A stretch of 64,000 bases of DNA from Acidobacteriota bacterium (GCA_008363385.1 RHKY01000031.1:6522-70521); one strand, 5' to 3'. Positions 27,909-36,789 are shown, numbered from the stretch's first letter. Program-made: numbers and translations. Notes: generated from the letters alone by a model not told the origin.

Positions 27909-29843
27909 TCACGCGGATGATGGAATATCCGTGGGATCGTGCCGCTCCGAGCCGAGCCGCAGCCCGGCACGCACCCGGACGTCGGCGCCGGTTCCGGCCG
28001 CCTCTGCCTCCCGCTCCGCGATATCCCCTTCGAACGAGACCCGGAAACGGAGGAAGGCGACGTCGAGCTCCTGGCACATCTCCTCGACCGCGGTGACTCT
28101 CTCGCCGGGGATCTTCGGCGACGTCACCACCAGGCCCCTGACGCCATGCGACTTGAAGAGGCGCGGCAGGTCTCCGAGGGTGCCGAGGACGGCCAGGCCG
28201 TTCAGGGTGCGGCCCACCTTCTCAGGGTCGTCATCGACGAATCCCGCAGGGTGGTAGAGCGCGTCCGCGCGGGCCCGCAGCTCCCGGAGGGCTGCGGAGC
28301 CGCGCCGTCCGGCTCCGTAGAGGAGGACGGGGATGCCGTGGTCGACGGTGCGGGCGCGCCAGTGGGCGAGGAGCCGGTACGAGGCTCGCGTGCCGTTCGT
28401 GAGGAGGAGCAGGAGGAGCGCGTAGACGAGGAAGAAGCTCGCCGGAGCTTCGGTGCGGCCCACGACGCCGTCGACGACCCCCGAAGCGAGAGCCGAGGCC
28501 GCGACCGCCGCCGACGGGCGAAGCAGGTCTTCCACGCTGGCATGGCGCCAGCGGCCACGGTAGAGGCCGAAGAGCCAGAATGTCAGGAAGGTGACGACGG
28601 GCAGGACCGCCGCCAGCTCGAGGAAGAGCGGGCGGTGCCGCACGAGCCCCCAGTCGTCCCACTTCAGGCCGATCGCGCCGTAGGCCGCAGCCACGACGAG
28701 CGACAGGTCGACGAAGACGACGAAGAAGCCCCTCTTCAGGACGGGCGTGTCGTACAGCCGGAGCATCGTGCCGCGCTTGAGGAAGGCCAGCTCCTCGTAT
28801 CCCAGCCGGCCGATCCCGACGGCCGCGGCGAAGAGGAGGGCCAGGAGGAAAAGGGCTGCGTCGCGCGAAGAGACGAAGAGCGAGGCGAAGCCGACGAGTC
28901 CCAGGAGAAGGCCCGTCCCGTGGAGGAGAAGCACCGCGCGCCGATGCGTGAGGCCCATCGCGAGGAGGCGGTGGTGTATGTGGCGCTTGTCCGCTTCCAT
29001 GATCCCGGACGGCGAGGTCGCATCCATGAGGCGGAGGGCTCGCCGGACGATCGAGAGGAGCGCATCCGCGAGCGGGACGCCCAGGATCACGACCGGGACG
29101 AGGACGGCGAGACCCGCCGAGAGGATCGCCCCCCCTTGCAGGCATAGGCACGCGAGGAGGAAGCCGACGGAGCAGGAGCCGCTATCGCCCAGGAAGATCG
29201 ACGCCGGATGGAGGTTGTACGGAAGGAAGCCGGCGAGGGCGCCCAGGAGGATGAGCGACCCCGTGGCGTACTCCCAGCGGCCCGCGAGGATGAAAACACC
29301 GGAAAGGCTGGCGGCGGAGATCAGGGCCAAGCCGGCCGAGAGCCCGTCGAGGCCGTCGATCAGGTTGAACGCGTTGGTGACGGCGACGATCCAGAGAATC
29401 GAGAGCGGGATCGCGAAGAGGCCCAGCTCGATCCCGTACCCGAAGACGTGCACGTGGCTGCCCAGCCGGATCCCAAGGGCGACTGCCGCGCTCGCGCCGA
29501 GTACGTGCGCGGCGAGCTTGACGAGCGCGCGCCGTGGGCGCACGTCGTCCCATACCGAGATCGCGAAGACGGGGAGAAGGCCGATTCCGATTGCGGCGAA
29601 GGTAGAGAGCTTCGGCGGCTTCGGGACCGGGAGGACGCCAAAGGTGACGAGGAGGGCAGTGGAAAGGAGGGCGCCGACGACGGCCACGCCGCCGAGGCGC
29701 GGGATCGGGCTCTTGTGGACTTTACGTTCGTCGGGGACGTCCACCGCGCCGATCGCCGCCGCCATCCGCTTGGCAAGCGGTGTCAAGGCCAGCGCGAGCG
29801 CCGCCGCGATCCCTGCAGGAAGGAGCAGGAGGAGGACCTTCAC
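27909..29843 (-). CDS. Polyprenyl-phosphate N-acetylhexosamine-1-phosphate transferase (WecA/MraY family) fused to C-terminal CoA-binding-like (PglF/WbpM N-terminal type) domain
   Basis: VTNAFNLIDGLDGL and IFLGDSGS MraY/WecA motifs in an 11-TM domain. C-terminal PVLLYGAGRRGSAALRE...GFVDDDPEKVG...GLAVLG. Start placed at GTG 29843 (VKVLLLLLPAGIAAAL). Track ORF start 29972 adds an Arg-rich leader. Confidence 0.65.
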   Translation of the reverse strand: MKVLLLLLPAGIAAALALALTPLAKRMAAAIGAVDVPDERKVHKSPIPRLGGVAVVGALLSTALLVTFGVLPVPKPPKLSTFAAIGIGLLPVFAISVWDDVRPRRALVKLAAHVLGASAAVALGIRLGSHVHVFGYGIELGLFAIPLSILWIVAVTNAFNLIDGLDGLSAGLALISAASLSGVFILAGRWEYATGSLILLGALAGFLPYNLHPASIFLGDSGSCSVGFLLACLCLQGGAILSAGLAVLVPVVILGVPLADALLSIVRRALRLMDATSPSGIMEADKRHIHHRLLAMGLTHRRAVLLLHGTGLLLGLVGFASLFVSSRDAALFLLALLFAAAVGIGRLGYEELAFLKRGTMLRLYDTPVLKRGFFVVFVDLSLVVAAAYGAIGLKWDDWGLVRHRPLFLELAAVLPVVTFLTFWLFGLYRGRWRHASVEDLLRPSAAVAASALASGVVDGVVGRTEAPASFFLVYALLLLLLTNGTRASYRLLAHWRARTVDHGIPVLLYGAGRRGSAALRELRARADALYHPAGFVDDDPEKVGRTLNGLAVLGTLGDLPRLFKSHGVRGLVVTSPKIPGERVTAVEEMCQELDVAFLRFRVSFEGDIAEREAEAAGTGADVRVRAGLRLGSERHDPTDIPSSA

Positions 29844-29895
29844 GATCGTGATCCGATCACGAGCGATTCGGGGGGATTGTCCGTAGGCAGCAAGG

Positions 29896-30909
29896 TTAGT
29901 CCCGCGGGACCGGGGACGCAAGCGCGGGAGGTGCCGGAGGCGGTTCCGCCGGCTGCGGGCTTGCGAGGGCATTCCAGGTGCGCCGGAGTCCTTCTGGCAA
30001 CTCGGTTGCCAGGACGACTCCGAGTACCACCTCGAGCAGCACCGCGGACGCCGAGGAATGCCGGATGTCCCCAGCGCGCGGTGGCAGGTGCTCGACCGCG
30101 GAGGCGGAACCGCTCACGTGGAGGATGGAGTTCGCGAGGACCCGAACGGTCGTCGAGGAGCTTCTGCCAGAGTTCAATGGTTGCCCGTAGGCTGCGGGTG
30201 GGGCCGAGGCTGCCGCGAGGATTACCCCGACGACGTCCGCGACGTACGTGAAGTCCCGCGCCTGCTCGCCGTCGCCGTATATGGTCAGCGGGCGGCCGTC
30301 GCGGGCGGCAGCGAGGAACTTCGGGATGACGGCGGCGTAGGGGCCTTCTGGGTTCTGCCGCGGCCCGTAGACGTTGAAGAAACGGAGGCTGACGACCGGG
30401 AGGCCGAAGACGCGCCAGTAGAGCTCGGCCAGCTCCTCGCCCATTCGCTTCGAGAGGGCGTACGGGGAGAGGGGGCGGCCCTCTTCCCCTTCGACCTTCG
30501 GAAGTTTCTCGCTGTCACCGTAGACGCTGGAGGAGGAGGCGAAGACGACGGACCTTACCGCCGCATCCCGGCATGCGGTGAAGACGTTCGCGGTGCCGCG
30601 GGCGTTCACGTCGAGAGTCGTGGCGGGGTCCTTCATCGACCGGGGGACCGAGCCGATCGCCGCGAGATGGAAGACGTGGGCGGCTCCGTCGATCGCGGCG
30701 CGGCAGGCGTCCAGGTCCCGGATGTCTCCCTCGACGAAGCGGATCCGATCCCGGACGCCGGCCAGGTTCTCCAGCGTGCCGGAGAAGAGGTTGTCGAGGA
30801 CGGTGACCTCTGCCCAGCGGGCAACGAGGGCATCGACGAGGTGCGAGCCGATGAAGCCAGCGCCGCCGGTGACGGTGACGCGCTTGCCGCGAAAGTCGGG
30901 CTCGATCAT
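29896..30909 (-). CDS. SDR-family NAD-dependent sugar epimerase/dehydratase
   Basis: VTGGAGFIGSH, YALSK catalytic pair. ATG 30909 overlaps TGA of the dehydrogenase gene (ATGA). 337 aa. Confidence 0.8.
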   Translation of the reverse strand: MIEPDFRGKRVTVTGGAGFIGSHLVDALVARWAEVTVLDNLFSGTLENLAGVRDRIRFVEGDIRDLDACRAAIDGAAHVFHLAAIGSVPRSMKDPATTLDVNARGTANVFTACRDAAVRSVVFASSSSVYGDSEKLPKVEGEEGRPLSPYALSKRMGEELAELYWRVFGLPVVSLRFFNVYGPRQNPEGPYAAVIPKFLAAARDGRPLTIYGDGEQARDFTYVADVVGVILAAASAPPAAYGQPLNSGRSSSTTVRVLANSILHVSGSASAVEHLPPRAGDIRHSSASAVLLEVVLGVVLATELPEGLRRTWNALASPQPAEPPPAPPALASPVPRD

Positions 30910-32936
30910 GCCTTGACGAGCATCCCGGGGAAGGCGTCGCGGGGGACGATGTTGCGACTGTCGACGACGAGCGACGCGAGCTGGTAGAGCGCTGGGTCCT
31001 TGAACTGCCTGTGGGCGGTGGAGACGACGACGGCGTCGTGACGGCCTAACTCTTCGGCGGTGCAGGCTGCCGACTCCATCACGAAGGCGTGCTTGCGGCC
31101 GCGATGGGAGCGGGGGATGTACGGGTCGCAGTAGGCGACCTCGGCCCCGAGCTCGTGGAAGAGCTCGAGGAGCTCGAAGGAGGGCGACTCGCGGTCGTCG
31201 TCGATGTCGGCCTTGTACGAGAGGCCGAGTACGAGCACCTTCGCGCCCTTGATGCTCTTGCCTTGCTGGTTGAGCGCCTTGACCGTCCGGTCGACGACGT
31301 ACTCGGGCATCCGGGTGTTCACCTCGCCCGCGAGCTCGATGAACCGCGCCCAGACGCCGTGCTCCGCGGCCTTCCACGTGAGGTAGAAGGGGTCGAGCGG
31401 AATGCAGTTGTGCACGAAGACGCCGCCGGTGGCGGCGAAGGTGTGGGATCCGGGCACCTCGACCGAGAAGACGGGCTCGCTCCCCTCTTCGAGGCGGACG
31501 TCGAGGACCGGGACCACCGAGGCGCCCTTCCAGGGGATCGTGCGGCGGGGCGCGGTGACGCCCCGACGGCTCTCCGCGAGCCGATCGAGCTTCCGCTGCT
31601 TCTCGCCGCCCAGGAGGCGCGCCAGTCGCTGCAGGCTGGCCGTCCCGGGAATGCGAATCTGCGGCTGCTCGAGCCGGCGGATCGGTGCGGAGCCCGGGTC
31701 CTGGGGCAGGCCTTCGTCTGCGGCGAGTGCGGGCGCTGCCTCCTCAACCCCTCCGTGGACCGGGACGAGGTCGCCCGCCTTCAGGTCCTGCGCCTTCCGG
31801 ACGACGAGCTCGTCGTCTTCCAGGACCAGCATCGGGTGCCGGTCCGTGGTCCGGAGGATCCGGCCACCGGCCAGGCGGACGGTGGCGATCGGCCCTTCGT
31901 ACGGGCGCCGGAACAGGAACGAGACCGGCTTCCACGCCTCCTGGCCCGTCTGAGGGTCGATCGAAAGGGCTTCGAGTCCCGTCGGAAGGAGCGCCTGCCC
32001 GTCCGGCAAGTCGAGCCGCGTGTCGCTGGCCTGGCGCGACTCGAAGAGATCAGCCAGGCGCACGACCGTGTTGGACGAGCCGTCACGCACGCGGACCGAC
32101 TCCGTCCCTGCCAGGCAGTGTCCGCCCAAACCGGGACCCGGGTAGAAGGGCATGAAGCCGAAAGGCTTGGTCTTCGCGGCCTCGATGACCTCCCAGACGT
32201 CGATCCCCATCCGGTCGAAGACGACCTTCAGCTCGTTGACGAGGGCGATGTTGACGGACCGGAAGACGTTCTCGAGGAGCTTGGCCGACTCGGCGACCTC
32301 GGGGCTGCCGACGGGGACGACGCGGTCCACCGCGGCGCCGTAGAGGGCGCAGGCGGCCCGCTGCGAGGGCTCGTCGATGCCGCCGACGACCTTCGGGATG
32401 TTCTGCGTGTGGAAGCTGGGGTTGCCGGGGTCCTCGCGCTCGGGAGAGAAGGCGAGGAAGAAGTCCGTCCCGCAGGCGAGGCCCGTGGCCGCGAAGCGCG
32501 GCAGGAGCTCCTCGCGGGTCGTCCCGGGGTAGGTCGTCGACTCCAGGACGACGAGCTGTCCCCTGCGCAGGCGCCGGGCGATCTCGTCGGCGGTCTTCTG
32601 GATGTACGACATGTCCGGCTCGCGGTGCCGGCCGAGCGGGGTCGGGACGCAGACGATGACCGCGTCGCACTCCGGGAGGCGGTCGAAGTCGGTCGTGGCC
32701 GCGATCCGGCCCCGGGCGAACGCCGCTGCCACCCGCTCCGCCCCGATGTGCTTGATGTACGACTCGCCGCGGTGGAGCGCCTCGGGCTTCTTCGCGTCGA
32801 CGTCGAAGCCGACGACAGAAAAGCCGGACTCCTCGAAGAGGAGGGCGAGCGGAAGGCCGACGTACCCGAGGCCGATGACGCCGACCCGGGCGGTGCGGTT
32901 CTGGATGCTGTCGAGGAGGTGGTCGAGGGTATTCAT
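30906..32936 (-). CDS. UDP-sugar 6-dehydrogenase (UDP-glucose/UDP-ManNAc dehydrogenase family) interrupted by an intein
   Basis: RVGVIGLGYVGLPLAL NAD motif. Catalytic region GPGLGGH|C...|CIPLDPFYL split by a 237-aa insert. Host protein is about 439 aa without the insert. Confidence 0.8.
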   Translation of the reverse strand: MNTLDHLLDSIQNRTARVGVIGLGYVGLPLALLFEESGFSVVGFDVDAKKPEALHRGESYIKHIGAERVAAAFARGRIAATTDFDRLPECDAVIVCVPTPLGRHREPDMSYIQKTADEIARRLRRGQLVVLESTTYPGTTREELLPRFAATGLACGTDFFLAFSPEREDPGNPSFHTQNIPKVVGGIDEPSQRAACALYGAAVDRVVPVGSPEVAESAKLLENVFRSVNIALVNELKVVFDRMGIDVWEVIEAAKTKPFGFMPFYPGPGLGGHCLAGTESVRVRDGSSNTVVRLADLFESRQASDTRLDLPDGQALLPTGLEALSIDPQTGQEAWKPVSFLFRRPYEGPIATVRLAGGRILRTTDRHPMLVLEDDELVVRKAQDLKAGDLVPVHGGVEEAAPALAADEGLPQDPGSAPIRRLEQPQIRIPGTASLQRLARLLGGEKQRKLDRLAESRRGVTAPRRTIPWKGASVVPVLDVRLEEGSEPVFSVEVPGSHTFAATGGVFVHNCIPLDPFYLTWKAAEHGVWARFIELAGEVNTRMPEYVVDRTVKALNQQGKSIKGAKVLVLGLSYKADIDDDRESPSFELLELFHELGAEVAYCDPYIPRSHRGRKHAFVMESAACTAEELGRHDAVVVSTAHRQFKDPALYQLASLVVDSRNIVPRDAFPGMLVKA
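31407..32117 (-). mobile_element. Mini-intein (237 aa, no LAGLIDADG endonuclease) inserted at catalytic Cys of UDP-sugar dehydrogenase
   Basis: Block A CLAGTESVRV (Cys1). Block B TTDRH (TxxH). Blocks F/G VFSVEVPGSHTFAATGGVFVHN followed by +1 Cys (CIPLDP). Splice junctions verified against nucleotides (tgc at 32117..32115; aac-tgc at 31409..31404). Confidence 0.75.
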
Positions 32937-32965
32937 GCTTTTCTGTTGCGAGAGCGGCGCGGAGA

Positions 32966-33319
32966 CTATGGCGACTCGGGTGTCGGCGCCGGCGGTGACA
33001 GTGGCTCGAGGACAGCCACCAGCGGCGGGATGTCCTCGCGGACCGTCTTCCACACGCCCTCGAGGTCGACGGAGTCGTACCCGTGGATCAGGATGTCGCG
33101 GGAGCCCGCGATCCGGCGCCAGGGAACCTCGGGGTGGGCTTCTCGGTATTCGGCAGAAAGTCGCTTCACGGCTTCCCCGAGCACGAGCAGCTGGTGCAGA
33201 ACCGCGGACTGGGTCTTCTCGTCCGCCTTGAACGAAGGCAGGTCGAGCTCACCCAGGAAGGCCGCAGCGTTGCGGGCCGCGCGAAGCGCGTCGAGGACGG
33301 ACGCTTCATCGCGCTGCAT
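32966..33319 (-). CDS. hepT: HepT-like HEPN toxin (DUF86)
   Basis: R-x4-HxY motif (RDILIHGY). Downstream partner of the MNT gene. Confidence 0.75.
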   Translation of the reverse strand: MQRDEASVLDALRAARNAAAFLGELDLPSFKADEKTQSAVLHQLLVLGEAVKRLSAEYREAHPEVPWRRIAGSRDILIHGYDSVDLEGVWKTVREDIPPLVAVLEPLSPPAPTPESP

Positions 33320-33665
33320 AGAGGGGCTCGGCCGTCGACAGGATCTCGTTCCGGCGGATCCAGTTGGGGCTGCTCTCCACGGCCGAACGGACGAGCAGGT
33401 CGACCGGCCGACCGAAGAGCTCGGAGAGCTCGTCACGCATCTGCCCTTGATCCAGGAGGGACCAGATCGTGTCGGCCTGAGGCGTGAGAAGGAGGTCCAC
33501 GTCGCTGTCGGGCCCGAAACTCGCGCGCAGGACGGATCCGAAGGCCGCGAGCTCGGCCACTCGCCACCTCTCGCAGAACGCTGCGAGCGTCGCCGGATCC
33601 ACCGAGATCGACAGGCTCATCGAGGGCATTCTATCGACGGCGCTCGCCGCGAGCCTTCGGGTCAT
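33306..33665 (-). CDS. mntA: MntA-like minimal nucleotidyltransferase antitoxin
   Basis: [20 protein letters not shown]-x(n)-DxD Pol-beta NTase motif. Overlaps hepT start. Confidence 0.75.
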   Translation of the reverse strand: MTRRLAASAVDRMPSMSLSISVDPATLAAFCERWRVAELAAFGSVLRASFGPDSDVDLLLTPQADTIWSLLDQGQMRDELSELFGRPVDLLVRSAVESSPNWIRRNEILSTAEPLYAAR

Positions 33666-33695
33666 CGACCCAGGGGACGCCGAGGAGGGCCGCCT

Positions 33696-33983
33696 TCAGG
33701 TGCCCGCCTCCGCCTCACGGACCATCTCGGGCGTGATCGCGGGTGCGTCCTCGGGGACGTCGAACACCGGAAAGCCGCCCCGTTCCCGGACCTCACCCGA
33801 GGCCGTTGGACCGCCTCGCGCGGGGGCGGCGAGGCCCTCGTCGGCCAGCGCCTGTTCGAACTCGGGATCGAGCTTGGCGCATTCCTCTCCCAGGCGTCGG
33901 TGCCTACGCCGCGATCTGCTCGTACGAGAACTCCGGGATCCCTCTCGATCCAGGCCTGGGAGGCTACGGCGGACCTTCTTCAT
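33696..33983 (-). CDS. Hypothetical small protein upstream of mntA/hepT
   Basis: 95-aa ORF with Arg-rich N-term. Only positional support. Confidence 0.25.
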   Translation of the reverse strand: MKKVRRSLPGLDREGSRSSRTSRSRRRHRRLGEECAKLDPEFEQALADEGLAAPARGGPTASGEVRERGGFPVFDVPEDAPAITPEMVREAEAGT

Positions 33984-34149
33984 CGTCTTCGCGTTCGACA
34001 GGATCCAGGGGGGCCAGAGCAGCCCCTCGTGCCGTGTTCGTCGGCGGCGATTCGCACCCGATCAGGCGACCCTGGCTTCCACGTACTCGGCCCGGGTGGC
34101 GGGCACGTCCTCGCTGCGTCTGGACGAGGCCGGCGCCGACGAGCCGAGG

Positions 34150-34542
34150 TCACCCTCGGCCGAGGTCCCCCGCCCGGCGCGCGGCCTTCCGCATCAAGGC
34201 GAGGTACGCCGGGAGGCGCGAGTAGACCTCTTCGGCCATCGCGGCCTTGTAGAGGTGGCTGGTCCTGTTGCGGTCCTCCAGCATCTGGAAGACGACGTCG
34301 TCGCCTTCGTCCAGGAGCCCGATCTGAAACGCAGCCCGGAAGGCCTCCCGTGGGGAAAAGAGCCGCAGGCCCTCCGCCTCCGAGCGCACCTTCAGAGTCT
34401 TCCAGAGAAGCTCGAACGAGAACTCGAAGCGCTGGATGGCTGCGTCCCGGACGATGTCGGACTTCGGCTCCCGCAGCGCCTCGTCGAGCCTGGCCAGCGC
34501 CGACTCGAGGTCCGACAGGAGCGATTCAAGCGGCGCGGTCAT
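34150..34542 (-). CDS. HI0074-type nucleotidyltransferase substrate-binding (HEPN) protein
   Basis: IQRFEFSFELLWKTLK...NRTSHLY pattern of NTase_sub_bind family. Follows cognate NTase. Confidence 0.7.
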   Translation of the reverse strand: MTAPLESLLSDLESALARLDEALREPKSDIVRDAAIQRFEFSFELLWKTLKVRSEAEGLRLFSPREAFRAAFQIGLLDEGDDVVFQMLEDRNRTSHLYKAAMAEEVYSRLPAYLALMRKAARRAGDLGRG

Positions 34543-34846
34543 GCAGGGGCACCACGTCTCGAAGGGCGATCTCGCGGAACTGCGCGTCGACCTGCCGGAA
34601 GTCGACGACGTCCACTCGGGCCAGGATCGGGGCCGCGTCGAGGAGGTCGCGGAGGTCCGCCATGTCCCGGGCGTCGAGCGGGCGGCCCGCGTCCACCCCG
34701 ATGTCGTAGTCCGAACGGACGTCGGCAGAGCCCCGGGCCCGCGACCCGAAGAGGAAGACGCGCAGGGGACGGTATCCGGAGAGCGGTCCGGCTACGGCAG
34801 CATCGACCGCCTCCAGCAGCACTTCGGGTAGATCGGTTCGCGTCAT
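34526..34846 (-). CDS. HI0073-type nucleotidyltransferase
   Basis: LFGSRARGSADVRSDYDIGV NTase motif. 106 aa. Confidence 0.75.
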   Translation of the reverse strand: MTRTDLPEVLLEAVDAAVAGPLSGYRPLRVFLFGSRARGSADVRSDYDIGVDAGRPLDARDMADLRDLLDAAPILARVDVVDFRQVDAQFREIALRDVVPLHDRAA

Positions 34847-34998
34847 CGCGTTGTCAGCTCACCCTGGACTTCGGTCAGGCCCGCGGCGCGGTCAGGCCGC
34901 GAGGCACGGGAGGCGGCTCAGGTTCCCAGCCGGCCTTCTCGAAGGCCTTCGCCGCGGATCTCCCGGAGATGTTGCCGAACCGCGACACGAATCCGCCT

Positions 34999-35214
34999 TC
35001 AGACGGCCACGACGATGGGCGTACCCTGCGAGTCGGAGCTGCGCGCCGACAGGGCCTTCTGATCTTCGGCCCAGAGCCAGGCCCGAATCGCCTCCTGGAT
35101 GTTCTCGAGCGCCTCCTTCTCGTCCTTCCCCTGGGAGACGCATCCCGGCAAGGCAGGACACTCCACCACGAACCAACCTTCCTCGTCCTTCTCCAGAGTC
35201 ACGTGAAACAACAC
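34999..35214 (-). CDS. HicB-like antitoxin (UPF0150 family)
   Basis: HVTLEKDEEGWFVVECPALPGCVSQGKDEKEALENIQEAI, the HicB N-domain. GTG start. Confidence 0.6.
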   Translation of the reverse strand: MLFHVTLEKDEEGWFVVECPALPGCVSQGKDEKEALENIQEAIRAWLWAEDQKALSARSSDSQGTPIVVAV

Positions 35215-35235
35215 GGTCCTGCCTCCGATCGAATC

Positions 35236-35331
35236 CTACGCTCCCACACCGAGGTCCCGGGTCTCGACGACGTCGCCGGCCCGGAACTCGATGTAGAGGG
35301 TGTCGGTCTCGACGAAGTACTCGACCTTCAC
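35236..35331 (-). pseudogene. Truncated DUF2283-like ORF (31 codons)
   Basis: My translation: VKVEYFVETDTLYIEFRAGDVVETRDLGVGA*, matching the N-half of DUF2283 proteins (MKIEYDKEADALYI...). GTG overlaps TGA of the HEPN gene (GTGA). Normal length is about 65-75 aa. Confidence 0.3.
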
Positions 35332-35750
35332 GGCTTGCCGCCTTCCAGCAGGCTCGTCGCCAGGTCCACGGCCTGTCGCGCGATCGAGACGGCGTCCTCG
35401 GCGTCATCGCGTCCGAACAACTCCCACGGCGTGCGCCAGGTCCCCTCGTCTCCGTAGTCGGATGCGACGTGCACGGCTGCTCCCAGCCGCTCGGCGAGGG
35501 TTGCCAGCTTGTCGAGGGCGCTCTGGCTCGCGGTGGCCGTCGATTCGGCAGCGAGCTGCCGCAGCAGGCTCCCGGGGGCATGAGTCCTTCCGACCGGTCC
35601 GGCATTGGCGAGGACCGCCTTCGCGGCGTTCTCCGTCGCGAGCTCGCTGGTGTCGACGCACGAACGCCAACGGCCCAGATCGATGTCCTGGGTGGCCTCG
35701 CCCAGGTACCCCTTCGCCAGCTTGATCCGGTAGGCGACTTCCTCGTTCAC
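35328..35750 (-). CDS. HEPN domain protein (partner of upstream MNT)
   Basis: C-terminal 140 aa of track ORF. HEPN-like helical protein. GTG 35750 overlaps TGA of MNT gene (GTGA). Confidence 0.6.
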   Translation of the reverse strand: MNEEVAYRIKLAKGYLGEATQDIDLGRWRSCVDTSELATENAAKAVLANAGPVGRTHAPGSLLRQLAAESTATASQSALDKLATLAERLGAAVHVASDYGDEGTWRTPWELFGRDDAEDAVSIARQAVDLATSLLEGGKP

Positions 35751-36223
35751 CGCTTCGCTCCATCCAGAGCAATGGGCTGCGCGTCCGCCGACCTCGGCCT
35801 GACCCTCCAGACTTCGCCGTCGGGCGTGCGGACCCGGAAGAGGCCGCGAGCGAACATCCTGGCCCGCAAGGCTTCGAGTCGCCGGCTGGCGTGCCCCTCG
35901 GGGTCGAAGAGGACGTCCCCGTCGAGGGCGATGTCGAAGAGGAGCGACGACTCGTGCCTCTCCAGCTCGTCCAGCGTCCACACGATCGGCGAGACCATCC
36001 CCCGCCACGACTCGGGCAGGCTCATGACCAGCTCCACGACCTCGCGCACTGGACGCTCATGCCGGGCCCGGATCACGACGAGAAGGTCCCAGTCGCTCCC
36101 AGGCTCGGCCTCGCTCCGCGCTCTCGAGCCGAACGAGACGATGGCGACGAGGCGGCCGGCGAGCGAGCGCCGGAACGCCGCGACCAGCTCCTCACGCGAC
36201 GGGCAGAGCGATTGGAGGTTCAC
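35747..36223 (-). CDS. Minimal nucleotidyltransferase (MNT) domain protein
   Basis: VSFGSRARSEAEPGSDWDLLVV Pol-beta NTase motif. 158 aa. Confidence 0.75.
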   Translation of the reverse strand: MNLQSLCPSREELVAAFRRSLAGRLVAIVSFGSRARSEAEPGSDWDLLVVIRARHERPVREVVELVMSLPESWRGMVSPIVWTLDELERHESSLLFDIALDGDVLFDPEGHASRRLEALRARMFARGLFRVRTPDGEVWRVRPRSADAQPIALDGAKR

Positions 36224-36275
36224 TGACTTCGGGGCCTTCTCTTCGCGAGCTCGGAAGGATGCCTGAGCGACTGTC

Positions 36276-36329
36276 TCACGGCGCCTGGACGAGGCCGGCG
36301 CCGACGTCGGTGGCCAGGAGCGGGAGGCG
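36276..36329. repeat. Direct repeat copy B: duplicated 3' end of the S8 protease gene (50/54 identical to 36885..36938)
   Basis: tcacggcgcctggacgaggccggcgccgacgtcggtGGCCaggagcgggaggcg. On the minus strand it encodes RLPLLATDVGAGLVQAP*, identical to the protease C-terminus, with only synonymous differences. Confidence 0.85.
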
Positions 36330-36331
36330 GC

Positions 36332-36562
36332 TCAATCCCGGAGGAAGTCCTCGGGGTCGATCCCGGCCTGGCGCAGGATGGCCCGCAGGGTACCTTCGGG
36401 AATATCGCCCGGGTGGTTGGGAAGGGTCGTGTACCTGTTTCTTGCGGGGTGATACCAGATCTCGTGGCTCCCGGCCGCTTGCCGATCGAACTCGAATCCG
36501 CGACGCCTCAGCCGGGCAGCGATCTCCCGATAGCGGAATCCGGCAAGCCTCCCCAGGATCAG
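36332..36562 (-). CDS. hicA: HicA-family mRNA interferase toxin
   Basis: Not in ORF track (no ATG/GTG/TTG). My translation: LGRLAGFRYREIAARLRRRGFEFDRQAAGSHEIWYHPARNRYTTLPNHPGDIPEGTLRAILRQAGIDPEDFLRD*. Conserved GSH...HP and GTL..IL.QAG motifs. Candidate CTG starts at 36562 (overlapping hicB TGA) or 36556 (GGAGG 6 nt upstream). Confidence 0.6.
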   Translation of the reverse strand: MILGRLAGFRYREIAARLRRRGFEFDRQAAGSHEIWYHPARNRYTTLPNHPGDIPEGTLRAILRQAGIDPEDFLRD

Positions 36563-36789
36563 CCTCCGACGACGAGCGTCAGATCCAGCGGCTCGCTGAT
36601 GGGCGGCGGTTCGTCGAGTGGCTCCCGACCGGCCTGCGCGTCGAGGAGCTTCCTCGCAACGTCGCGAGCGATCTCGAGGGTCTCCGCGATCGTCCGCCCC
36701 TGGGCGACCAGCCCCTGTACGTCTTCCGATGACGCCAGGAAGACGCCCTCGGGCAGCCGCTCCACGTGAACTCGGATGATCCGTTCCAA
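36559..36789 (-). CDS. hicB: HicB-family antitoxin
   Basis: VHVERLPEGVFLASSEDVQGLVAQGRTIAETLEIARDVARKLLDA. TTG start. Confidence 0.7.
   Translation of the reverse strand: MERIIRVHVERLPEGVFLASSEDVQGLVAQGRTIAETLEIARDVARKLLDAQAGREPLDEPPPISEPLDLTLVVGG

Noticed and set aside
31089-34709. 1206-aa plus-strand ORF across dehydrogenase, hepT/mntA and HI0073/74 genes
   Set aside because: Composition Arg/Gly/Asp/Glu-rich without domains. It is antisense to four independently supported genes, so it is an artefact of stop-codon paucity.
36259-36732. 157-aa plus-strand ORF antisense to hicA/hicB
   Set aside because: Arg/Gly/Pro-rich. The opposite strand encodes canonical HicA and HicB sequences.
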